Origin: an uncultured Clostridia bacterium
GTDB taxonomy: Bacteria; Bacillota; Clostridia; TANB77; CAG-508
Direction: 5' to 3'
DNA length: 64,000 nt
Assembly: GCA_934141445.1 (NCBI GenBank)
Contig: CAKPCF010000008.1
Span: forward strand, 99 to 64,098
The notes under the pieces are model-generated. The model was not told the DNA's origin. It worked only from the letters and a program-made list of their open reading frames with translations, and ran no database searches. Position 1 is the first letter of the stretch, and each line of letters starts with the position of its first letter. This document shows, one piece after another, positions 56,745-64,000 of this stretch. The position numbers were made by a program, and so were the translations under genes.

Positions 56745-58045
56745 ATGAAAACAAAAAATAAAATACTAATAATATTAGCAAGTTTTATTTTATTACTGTT
56801 ACTATTTAATAGCAAAGCTTTTGCAGCAGAAGAAACAACAGAATTGCCAGAATTACCAGAAACTACACAAGAGTTTTTAAAAGATAAGTATTATATTATT
56901 GTAGATAGGTCAGATTTTATTTTTTATTATATTTGTGAACAACCTTTAATATATACAGCTGATTGTTATGACTCAGATATTTTAAATGGTTTTTTATACC
57001 CTTCAGCATCATATTGTAAAAGCTGGAATTTTAGCTATAAGGTTGCTACTTCTACATTTTTAGGCTTGGAAAATGATTTGCCAAAAGAACATACAACTAC
57101 TTCTCAATATAATGTAATTGATGATATTGGTTATGTTAATGTTAATACTGGAAAATATAATATTTTACAAGCTAATTATGATGTTTATAATTTTAAATTT
57201 AAAAAGGATAGTTCTAATAGATATATTTTAGACACAAATACTAAAAAATTGGTTTTTCAAGCACCTCCTCAGGGACTGACTCAGGTTCTGGAGGAGGGAT
57301 ATCAAACAGCACAGGTAATAACAACACAGTCGATAACTCAACAACTGGGGGTTCTAGTTCCAGTGGGGATAGTGATAATGGCAACGATAATACTGGTTTT
57401 TTTAATAAAATCATTTCATTTTTGGAAACCATAGTAAATGGAATTAAAAATTTAGTTAATTTTCTAAATCCACTTAATTGGATACCAAATTTAGTTGAAA
57501 ATATAGGCAAATTCTTTAATGGCGATGTAGATGAAGGTACAAAAGGTGTATTTGGTTTTTTTAATGATATTTTAACAAGGTTTTCAAGTATTATTGATTG
57601 GCTTGCAAATTTTATGCAATTCATTTTTGATTGTGCATTTCATTTAGTTGTACCAACTGATAGTCAATGGGCTGAAATAAAAGATAGTTTTTCAAATTTA
57701 GGTACAACAATAACGAATCATATTCCATTTTGGAGTTTTATACAAAATACAATTACAGATGTTCAAAATGAAGTATTTCAACCAGAAGATTTCTTAATAA
57801 TAAAAATGCCTTCTTTTAAATTCTTTGGAGTTGAAACAGGAGAAATTGAGTGTCTTAATGTAATGCAAGCTTATGAACCATATAGAATACAAATAAGAGG
57901 TTTACTTGCTTTAGTTGTTTATGCGTGTGGTTTCGTTTATATTGTTAAAGTTATTACTAGTTATGGAGTAACACAACATGCCAATGCAATTATTGCAAAT
58001 GTAAATGCTGTTGAACAATCTAAAAAGGCAGGTGGTAAAAAGTGA
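56745..58045 (+). CDS. g3p-like adsorption protein; two overlapping ORFs joined only by a -1 shift at A6 (57243-57248)
   Basis: ORF 56745..57434 has a signal peptide (...NSKAFA|AEE) and an N-terminal domain. The -1 frame is open from 57245 and encodes a Ser/Gly/Asn/Asp linker (SSTSSGTDSGSGGGISNSTGNNN...GGSSSSGDSDNGNDN). It continues into ORF 57422..58045, which has a C-terminal TM (LLALVVYACGFVYIVKVI). The fused product would be about 433 aa. Confidence 0.55.
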
Positions 58046-58293
58046 TAATTTATTGGATATTGCAATTTTTTGATACTATTATTACATTTGTTTTTTCAAT
58101 TGTTCCAGTAATAGAAACACCAGCTTGGCTTGTTTCAAATTTACCAAAGATTTTTACTACTGCTTTTGGTTTTAATCAATATTTACCACTTACTGAAGCT
58201 TTTGCCGTTGCTGTATTTTTAATAAGTTTTACAATGCAATATAAGATTTTTAAAATCTTATTAAATAAATTTGGAATTGATTTAACAAAATAA
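58042..58293 (+). CDS. Small polytopic membrane protein (g6p-like position)
   Basis: GTG start follows AGGTGG and overlaps the upstream TGA. 83 aa with 2-3 TM segments. Confidence 0.55.
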   Translation: MIIYWILQFFDTIITFVFSIVPVIETPAWLVSNLPKIFTTAFGFNQYLPLTEAFAVAVFLISFTMQYKIFKILLNKFGIDLTK

Positions 58294-58300
58294 ATTGCTT

Positions 58301-58329
58301 GCAACAACGGACTTTATGTCCGTTGCTGC
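58301..58329 (+). other. GC-rich hairpin upstream of the Zot-like gene
   Basis: GCAACAACGGAC pairs with GTCCGTTGCTGC (11/12 bp, 5-nt loop) in otherwise AT-rich DNA. Confidence 0.6.
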
Positions 58330-58349
58330 AATTATTTGAAAGGAACAAA

Positions 58350-59324
58350 ATGTTAAATATATTTTTTACTTATACAAAAATCTTGTTTTGGGTTTTCTTG
58401 GGATTGCTTGTTATTTTAGATGTAGCAAAAAAAGGATTTATACATAATTTTATTTTTAAATTTATTGAAGCTTTTCCATTTTTTATAAAAGATGTGTTTA
58501 CTACTAATTGGAAAGAGTTTAGAGGATATGGCTTTCATATTTATTGTGGCTTAGGTGGTTCTGGAAAAACTATTTCAATAGTAAATTATCTTTTAGCAAT
58601 GAAACAGAAATATCCAAAACTTAAAGTCTATACAAACTTTTACTTTCCAGCTGGAGATGGAATTATAAAAGATTGGAAAGATTTAATTGAAACAACAAAT
58701 TATGAAACTGTTGAAATTACAAAAGAAGAATATGAGAAATTAAAGAAATATAAGCCTAATAAAGAAGGAAAAGAAAAAGAATATTGGGCAGAAAATATAG
58801 AATTTGTTGATGAAGAAACAGGCGAAATAATAGATACAGAAAAGTATTATAGAATTGTAAATCATGGTGTCATTTTTGGTTTTGATGAAATACATATGAC
58901 ATTAAATTCAGATAAATGGAAAGATAGACCAGATGATTTACTTTATTACATTTCACAACAAAGAAAGATGCATAAACAAATAGTTGCTAGCTCACAAGTT
59001 TTTACTAGAATTGATAAAATTTTAAGAGAACAAACAAACTATGTTGTAGAGTGTAGTTCGTTTTTAATGGGTAGATTGGTTGTAAATCGTTTTTACCATA
59101 CTGAGGAATATATTGCAAATGATGAAAAGAAAGATAAAGGAACTAAAAAGAGAAAAGTAAAAGCTTATAGAATATTTATTGCAAGAGATTTTATAAGAAA
59201 TTCTTATGATACAGAAGAAATAATGAAAGATTTAAAAGTTGCAAAATCGAAAGATAAGCAACTTGTAGATTTGATAAAAGAATATAGTAAAAAGGAGATT
59301 TCATCAAATGAGTATTTTTCTTAG
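58350..59324 (+). CDS. Zot/pI-like P-loop assembly ATPase
   Basis: ATG at 58350 follows AAAGGAAC. N-terminal TM (ILFWVFLGLLVILDV). Walker A GLGGSGKT. Walker B VIFGFDEIH. Confidence 0.75.
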   Translation: MLNIFFTYTKILFWVFLGLLVILDVAKKGFIHNFIFKFIEAFPFFIKDVFTTNWKEFRGYGFHIYCGLGGSGKTISIVNYLLAMKQKYPKLKVYTNFYFPAGDGIIKDWKDLIETTNYETVEITKEEYEKLKKYKPNKEGKEKEYWAENIEFVDEETGEIIDTEKYYRIVNHGVIFGFDEIHMTLNSDKWKDRPDDLLYYISQQRKMHKQIVASSQVFTRIDKILREQTNYVVECSSFLMGRLVVNRFYHTEEYIANDEKKDKGTKKRKVKAYRIFIARDFIRNSYDTEEIMKDLKVAKSKDKQLVDLIKEYSKKEISSNEYFS

Positions 59325-59484
59325 TTTAGCATATTTTATATCACTTATTTTTATTCTTATAGGAATAGAGTTAATTGATAGAAGATTACAAAATCAAATT
59401 GATACTTTAAGAAGTTATATTGTAGATATTAGATTAGAACAATTGAAAGATGAAGAAAGGATAGAAGAATTATGGAAAAAATAG
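59308..59484 (+). CDS. Small TM protein (58 aa; not in ORF track)
   Basis: RBS AAGGAGA. MSIFLSLAYFISLIFILIGIELIDRRL.... Overlaps the Zot-like gene end. Confidence 0.4.
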   Translation: MSIFLSLAYFISLIFILIGIELIDRRLQNQIDTLRSYIVDIRLEQLKDEERIEELWKK

Positions 59485-59624
59485 TTTGGTTTATATTTGG
59501 TAGTTTAAGTGCTACTTTAGTAGATATGATACAGTATAAAAAGATGAAAGATAGTTATGAAGCAGAAAAAGAGAAAATGCAGAAGGATATAAAAATATTG
59601 AAAGGAAGTAAGACAAATGGATAA
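59472..59624 (+). CDS. Small TM protein (50 aa; not in ORF track)
   Basis: MEKIVWFIFGSLSATLVDMIQYKKMK.... Overlaps its neighbours, consistent with coupled translation. Confidence 0.35.
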   Translation: MEKIVWFIFGSLSATLVDMIQYKKMKDSYEAEKEKMQKDIKILKGSKTNG

Positions 59625-59766
59625 TGAAGAAAAATATATAACATTTAGACTTTCAATAAAAGATTTAAAAACATTGGTATCAATGCTGGAAATGGGCAAA
59701 TATAGGTATAATTTAGGACAAAGAAATATATATCAGAACTTTGAAGAGATTTTAAAGAAGTTATAA
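59617..59766 (+). CDS. Small soluble protein (49 aa; not in ORF track)
   Basis: RBS GGAAG. MDNEEKYITFRLSIKDLKTLVSMLEMGKYRYNLGQRNIYQNFEEILKKL. Confidence 0.35.
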   Translation: MDNEEKYITFRLSIKDLKTLVSMLEMGKYRYNLGQRNIYQNFEEILKKL

Positions 59767-59799
59767 AAATTTGTTCTTAAAAGATGTGCAAATTTTTGC

Positions 59800-59827
59800 A
59801 GGTGCGCAGCACCTAACGGAGTGAAGC
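59800..59827. repeat. Conserved hairpin motif, copy B (phage intergenic region)
   Basis: AGGTGCgcaGCACCTAacGGAgtGAAgC. Preceded by the palindrome TGCAAATTTTTGCA. Confidence 0.6.
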
Positions 59828-59855
59828 AAAAATGCACAAAAGTACATTGAAATAT

Positions 59856-60459
59856 TGCACTTTATTTTGGCGTTTAGGCGTAGGTGTGTCTTTTGAGCAA
59901 TCTATGAAGTGTATATTAAAATTTATTACGAAGATATGAGCAAAAAAGAGAGTTTAGCATTCGCCAAACTCTGTAAAAAATGCGAAGTGTTTATAATCTT
60001 CTATTATAAAGTCAACTTCATCTTTAGTAATAAATTTTAATAGTTCTTCATTTGATTTTAGTTTTTCTAATTCTTTAATTCTTTTATTATATCTTTTTAT
60101 TGCTTTTCTATCTTCTTTATTCATATAAATCACCTTCCTTTGAGCTGATTTTACATATTTTTCGATAAAATCAAATAATAGCTTAATAGGTCTATGACCT
60201 TGATTTTATAAAAGAAAAATATGTTACTAGTAAATTTAAGGAAGGGGATTGAATAAAGAAATATAGTTAATAATAAAAGAAAGAATTTGTAATACAATGT
60301 TAAAATTTATTACTAAAAGAGAAGTTCTTATTATTGTATTATAAATTATAAAGAATTAAATTACAGTTTGAGAGCTAAACATTCTTTTTAAGCGAAATAG
60401 ATTTGTAATAAATTATATTATTAAAATATTGCGAAGGCTAAACGCCAAAATGTAGTGCA
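59856..60459. repeat. 24-nt imperfect inverted repeat pair flanking a ~0.56-kb segment
   Basis: TGCACTTTATTTTGGCGTTTAGGC (59856-59879) matches the reverse complement of GGCTAAACGCCAAAATGTAGTGCA (60436-60459) at 21/24 positions. Inside are three copies of (A)TTAAAATTTATTAC: 59915-59929 (+), 60027-60041 (-) and 60300-60313 (+). Confidence 0.65.
59954..60124 (-). CDS. Small charged protein (56 aa; not in ORF track), antisense to the phage structural genes
   Basis: RBS GGAAGGTGA. MNKEDRKAIKRYNKRIKELEKLKSNEELLKFITKDEVDFIIEDYKHFAFFTEFGEC. Confidence 0.4.
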   Translation of the reverse strand: MNKEDRKAIKRYNKRIKELEKLKSNEELLKFITKDEVDFIIEDYKHFAFFTEFGEC

Positions 60460-60472
60460 GAAAGGAAATTTT

Positions 60473-60640
60473 ATGATTACTTATTGTAAGTTTTGTAATT
60501 CTACTTCTCTTTTTATAGAGATTATTGGAACAAGAAAAGGTTTGTATTGTGCTGATTGCGGTAAATGGCTTAAATGGATAACAAAAGAAGAATTTCAAAT
60601 TGCAAAATATAGAAATTATCGTATTTTTGATTGGAGATAA
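60473..60640 (+). CDS. Zinc-ribbon protein (55 aa)
   Basis: ATG at 60473 follows AAAGGAAA. CKFC...CADCG. Confidence 0.5.
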   Translation: MITYCKFCNSTSLFIEIIGTRKGLYCADCGKWLKWITKEEFQIAKYRNYRIFDWR

Positions 60641-60648
60641 GAAAATAA

Positions 60649-60903
60649 ATGACGAGAGATGAATTCATAAAAAAAATTAGAAAAAATGTTCCAGAAAATT
60701 CTGAAATAGTTGGCTGTGATATTTTTTACTCTTCTTTTATTGGTTTGTGCTTAAATGATTATTCTTTATGCGAACCGTATTATAAAGATTCAATAAGAAG
60801 ATTGTTAACAATTAGATTTTGTTCAGAAGATACAGAAAAACCATATACAAATTTATTAGCAGAAAGTAATAACGACTGCCAACAAATTACGGAGGGTTCT
60901 TAG
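60649..60903 (+). CDS. Hypothetical protein (84 aa)
   Basis: ORF with tight spacing to the upstream gene. No motif. Confidence 0.5.
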   Translation: MTRDEFIKKIRKNVPENSEIVGCDIFYSSFIGLCLNDYSLCEPYYKDSIRRLLTIRFCSEDTEKPYTNLLAESNNDCQQITEGS

Positions 60904-60915
60904 TAACACCCTCCG
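60890..60915 (+). other. GC-rich hairpin upstream of rep
   Basis: CGGAGGGT (60890-60897) pairs with ACCCTCCG (60908-60915). Followed by the palindrome TCCCATACATGGGA (60920-60933). Confidence 0.6.
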
Positions 60916-60960
60916 AGTGTCCCATACATGGGAATAATTTTATACATAAGAGGTATAAAA

Positions 60961-61989
60961 ATGATAGATACAATAAAAATTTATACAATGATTTCTAAAG
61001 ATATTTACTATACGATAAAAGAAAATTCTATTGTAAAAACATCATATCAAACAAAAACTGGAGAAGTTTTTTATAATATAGTAAATGATAAATTGGAAGG
61101 TTCTTACAGTTCTTCTCTTTCTGTTAGAGTGGGAGAAGGAGGAAAATACAAATTCATAAATCAATACTATTTAGAAATAGAAGGTAGTTTTCACAAGATA
61201 ATTAGGGGCTATAATACACATAATGGTTTTTACAATTTAGTTTCTATCACAAGAACACTAATTGATATGTTAGAGAAACACTATAATGTAAAACTACCAA
61301 CTTTTGAGCATTGGTTTCTACAAAGAGTAGATATTACAAAAGTATTTGATTTAGAGAACAATGATAATGTTCGAGATTATATAAATAACTTAAGCTTTTG
61401 CAGATACCCACGAAGAAAAATCAAACACTATAATGATGAAAGCATTTATATGTCGGGAACTACAACTACATTAAAGATATATAATAAGATGTTAGAATTT
61501 AGAAAACACGATATGAAAAAACTCAATGAAAATGGATTTCCAGTATTAAAATTCTTGCCAGTAATACAGGGCTTTATTAGATTTGAGTGTGAAATAAAGA
61601 AGAAAAAATTAGAACAAGAATATAAAAAGAAATACATAAGAGTAAAAGAAATAAATTATAGAGAGTTAGAAAAAATATGGAGAGATGAGTTTATGAAAAT
61701 GATAAGATTATTTGAAAAAGATATGGAAGTTGTTAGAAAAAAGCAAGATGTTGAGAGAAGATTAAAAACACTATATAAGGAAACACAAGCAAATTTATTA
61801 TATAATTTCTATTTAGCTGTTATGGTTGATGGACTTGAAAATATAAAAAATAGAACATCTAAAAGTACATATTATAGAAATATCAAATTGCTAAAAGATG
61901 CTAACATTGATTTTTCACAAAGCACCAACATTAACTTTGATGAACACTTTATTGATTTCGACCCGTTTTCCTATCCAGAGGTAATTTAG
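60961..61989 (+). CDS. Rolling-circle replication initiator, filamentous-phage gpII/CRI type
   Basis: ATG at 60961 follows AAGAGG. MIDTIKIY N-terminus, LEIEGSFHKIIRGYNTHNG and WFLQRVDITKVF resemble the G2P/Phage_CRI pattern. Confidence 0.7.
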   Translation: MIDTIKIYTMISKDIYYTIKENSIVKTSYQTKTGEVFYNIVNDKLEGSYSSSLSVRVGEGGKYKFINQYYLEIEGSFHKIIRGYNTHNGFYNLVSITRTLIDMLEKHYNVKLPTFEHWFLQRVDITKVFDLENNDNVRDYINNLSFCRYPRRKIKHYNDESIYMSGTTTTLKIYNKMLEFRKHDMKKLNENGFPVLKFLPVIQGFIRFECEIKKKKLEQEYKKKYIRVKEINYRELEKIWRDEFMKMIRLFEKDMEVVRKKQDVERRLKTLYKETQANLLYNFYLAVMVDGLENIKNRTSKSTYYRNIKLLKDANIDFSQSTNINFDEHFIDFDPFSYPEVI

Positions 61990-62921
61990 TGAAGCTTTCA
62001 GAAGTAGTAGACATATTTATTGAAGACCAATACATATTAGGAAATACGGAAAAAACTATTCATCATAATAAAACACATCTATATTTTTTCATCAAATGGT
62101 GTACGGATATTGATATAAAAGAATTGACTTTTGAAACCTATAAAAACTATATAATTTATTTAAGAAATAAAAAGACAAAATATAATAAACTTTTAGCAAG
62201 CAGAACAATTTTTACTTATGCAGAAATATTGAAACAATTTATACATTTTTGTGAAAAGAGGGGATATATTGTGGATAGTATATATGAAAAGATACAATTA
62301 CCAAGATATAAAAAGAAAGTAATTAGAATTTTAAATGAAAATGAAATTAAGGCAATTTTAACTTTCTTTGATGATTCTACATTTATTGGAGCAAGAAACA
62401 ACTTAATCATTAGTCTAATGCTTGACTGTGGACTTCGATTAAGTGAAGTTACCAACTTGAAATTTACAGATTTTCAAATTGAAAGAAAACTTATTTTGGT
62501 AAATGGAAAAGGACAAAAACAGAGATTTGTTCCATTTTCTCCAGCAACATATAATTACTTTCAAAAATATATGTCTTTCTTTGAAAATAAATTTGTACCA
62601 ACGCAACAATTTTTTGTCGACATTGTTGGTTTTCCAATAACTAATGATGCAATAAAATCATTTTTGCAGAGAATAAGAAAGAAACTGTCAATTCAGGATT
62701 TGCACCCACATTTATTAAGACATACTTTTGCTACAATGTACATCTTAAATGGAGGAGACCCACTTAATTTGCAAATTATTTTAGGTCATACAACTTTAAC
62801 AATGACTCAACACTATGTACATTTAGCAGCACAAATGAGAATTGCAGAACAAATGCAATATAGTCCACTTTCAAATATATCACTTGCTGATACAAGTAGA
62901 AACCTATCGTGTCGCAATTAG
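61989..62921 (+). CDS. Tyrosine recombinase/integrase (XerC/D-like)
   Basis: GTG overlaps the rep stop. GLRLSEV (Arg), HPHLLRHTFAT (HxxR) and LGHTTLTMTQHYVH (His...Tyr). Adjacent to attR. Confidence 0.9.
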   Translation: MKLSEVVDIFIEDQYILGNTEKTIHHNKTHLYFFIKWCTDIDIKELTFETYKNYIIYLRNKKTKYNKLLASRTIFTYAEILKQFIHFCEKRGYIVDSIYEKIQLPRYKKKVIRILNENEIKAILTFFDDSTFIGARNNLIISLMLDCGLRLSEVTNLKFTDFQIERKLILVNGKGQKQRFVPFSPATYNYFQKYMSFFENKFVPTQQFFVDIVGFPITNDAIKSFLQRIRKKLSIQDLHPHLLRHTFATMYILNGGDPLNLQIILGHTTLTMTQHYVHLAAQMRIAEQMQYSPLSNISLADTSRNLSCRN

Positions 62922-62925
62922 AAAC

Positions 62926-63014
62926 TAAATAGCAAAACAAAAAAGCTTGATAATTCAAGCTTTTTTTATGGTAGCGAAGATGTGATTTGAACACATGACC
63001 TGCCGGGTATGAAC
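62926..63014. repeat. attR: 89-nt direct repeat overlapping the intact tRNA-Met
   Basis: Partner of 54567-54656. Confidence 0.85.
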
Positions 63015-63045
63015 CGGATGCTCTAGCCAACTGAGCTACTTCGCC
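62969..63045 (-). tRNA. tRNA-Met (anticodon CAT), elongator type
   Basis: The reverse complement GGCGAAGTAGCTCAGTTGGCTAGAGCATCCGGTTCATACCCGGCAGGTCATGTGTTCAAATCACATCTTCGCTACCA folds as a cloverleaf. Loop TTCATAC. Encoded CCA. G1-U72 wobble. It lacks the initiator features. Ile2 (lysidine) identity is not strictly excluded. Confidence 0.85.
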
Positions 63046-63078
63046 ATAAATATATTAAATTGCGTATCAACGATTTCT

Positions 63079-63107
63079 ATTATAAAATTATTTTTGACAT
63101 TTGTCAA
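63079..63107 (-). promoter_or_regulatory. Promoter of tRNA-Met
   Basis: On the minus strand: TTGACA (complement of 63102-63107), 17-nt spacer, TATAAT (complement of 63079-63084). About 30 nt upstream of the tRNA 5' end. Confidence 0.6.
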
Positions 63108-63127
63108 GATAAAATACTAAAAAAATA

Positions 63128-63156
63128 TTGAAATTTTTGGAATAATTTTATATAAT
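63128..63156 (+). promoter_or_regulatory. Promoter of asnS
   Basis: TTGAAA (63128-63133), 17-nt spacer, TATAAT (63151-63156). Confidence 0.6.
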
Positions 63157-63186
63157 AGTAAAATCATAATATGGGAGGATATCATT

Positions 63187-64000
63187 ATGGAGAATATTGT
63201 AGTAAGAGAATTATTCAAAAATTCCGAAAAGTATTACACAAAAGAAATACAAGTATCTGGTTGGGTAAGAACAGTAAGAGATTCAAAAACATTTGGTTTT
63301 ATAGAACTAAATGATGGTACTTTTTTCAAAAATTTACAAATTGTGTTTGATAATACTTTGGAGAATTTTTCAGAAATATGTAAATTAACAATTAGTTCAT
63401 CAATTATTGTTAAAGGAATATTTACAAAAACAGAAAATGCTAAACAACCTTTTGAATTAAAAGCAACAAATTTAGAAATTGTAAATTTATCAAGCTCAGA
63501 TTATCCTCTTCAAAAGAAGAGACATACAGTTGAATACTTAAGAACAGTTGCACATTTAAGACCAAGAACAAATACATTTAGTGCTGTATTTAGAGTTCGT
63601 TCAGTTTTATCTTATGCAATACACAAATTTTTCCAAGAAAAAGATTTTGTATATGTACATACTCCACTTATAACAGGTAGTGACTGTGAAGGTGCAGGAG
63701 AAATGTTTAATTTAAATACATTTGATTTGGCAAATGTTCCAAAGACAGAAGATGGAAAAGTTGATTTTTCAAAAGATTTTTTTGCAAAACCAGCACATTT
63801 AACTGTTAGTGGTCAATTAAATGCTGAAACTTATGCATCTGCATTTAGAAATGTTTATACATTTGGACCAACATTCCGTGCTGAAAATTCAAATACAGTA
63901 AAACATGCTGCAGAATTTTGGATGATTGAACCAGAAATCTGTTTTGCAGATTTAAAAGATGATATGGATTTAGCAGAAGAAATGTTAAAATATGTTATAA
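63187..64000 (+). CDS. asnS: Asparagine--tRNA ligase, 3' end outside window
   Basis: RBS GGGAGG. The ORF is open to the window end. OB-fold N-terminus ([22 protein letters not shown]) and class II motif [21 protein letters not shown]. Confidence 0.9.
   Translation, partial: MENIVVRELFKNSEKYYTKEIQVSGWVRTVRDSKTFGFIELNDGTFFKNLQIVFDNTLENFSEICKLTISSSIIVKGIFTKTENAKQPFELKATNLEIVNLSSSDYPLQKKRHTVEYLRTVAHLRPRTNTFSAVFRVRSVLSYAIHKFFQEKDFVYVHTPLITGSDCEGAGEMFNLNTFDLANVPKTEDGKVDFSKDFFAKPAHLTVSGQLNAETYASAFRNVYTFGPTFRAENSNTVKHAAEFWMIEPEICFADLKDDMDLAEEMLKYVI

Larger units (their letters stand above)
54567..63014. mobile_element. Integrated filamentous-phage (inovirus-like) prophage, ~8.36 kb repeat-to-repeat
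   Basis: Bounded by direct repeats at a tRNA 3' end. Encodes an XRE repressor, a small coat-like protein, a g3p-like protein, a Zot/pI-like ATPase, a gpII-type Rep and a tyrosine integrase adjacent to attR. No capsid, terminase, tail or lysis genes. Confidence 0.8.

Noticed and set aside
56446-56748. 100-aa ORF listed across the coat-gene region
   Set aside because: It has a TTG start without an RBS and a Tyr/Asn/Trp-rich, non-protein-like translation. The alternative frame gives a textbook small coat protein with a strong RBS.
57241-57624. 127-aa minus-strand ORF across the g3p-like linker
   Set aside because: It is an antisense product of the locally G+C-richer Gly/Ser-linker DNA.
63046-63186. 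T-box leader upstream of asnS
   Set aside because: The 5' UTR from the predicted promoter is only about 25-30 nt, which is far too short for a T-box. No T-box sequence is present.

Overview
64-kb chromosomal segment of a very AT-rich Firmicute. Hand-counted 100-nt samples give about 22-30% G+C. The gene content suggests an anaerobic, spore-forming Clostridia-type organism: nrdDG, clostridial ferredoxin, 4-subunit 2-oxoacid:ferredoxin oxidoreductase, cwlD, ykwD-like, ricT/yaaT and minDE-rodA. Most genes are on the + strand and are housekeeping: prs, rpsU, yqeY, lepB, holB, mtaD-like, dusB, an OmpR/HK pair and asnS. Accessory content is interleaved. (1) The strongest signal is an ~8.36-kb integrated filamentous-phage (inovirus-like) prophage at 54567-63014. 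It sits in the 3' end of tRNA-Met(CAT) and is bounded by 90/89-nt direct repeats. It encodes an XRE repressor, a 52-aa Pf3-like coat protein, a g3p-like adsorption gene split by a frame change at an A6 run, a Zot/pI-like ATPase, a gpII-type Rep and a tyrosine integrase. (2) A 978-aa cytoplasmic protein (49559-52495) fuses PI3K/PI4K-like kinase motifs to an R-S-E ADP-ribosyltransferase domain. It has a tightly coupled 149-aa partner and lies next to an orphan mazF. (3) There are two very large surface proteins. One has an N-terminal thioester-domain (TQXA-type) signature. Neither ends in LPXTG. (4) Two single-gene G+C-elevated islands (9132-10373 and 38797-39687) each carry their own promoter and terminator. 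The second abuts a frameshifted radical-SAM gene. (5) Also present are a 2657-aa glucan synthase/GH94 giant, a REC-GGDEF protein with a GGDDF motif, and MinE with a long acidic tail. I saw no rRNA, CRISPR array or IS transposase. All homology calls come from motifs read by eye, not from searches.
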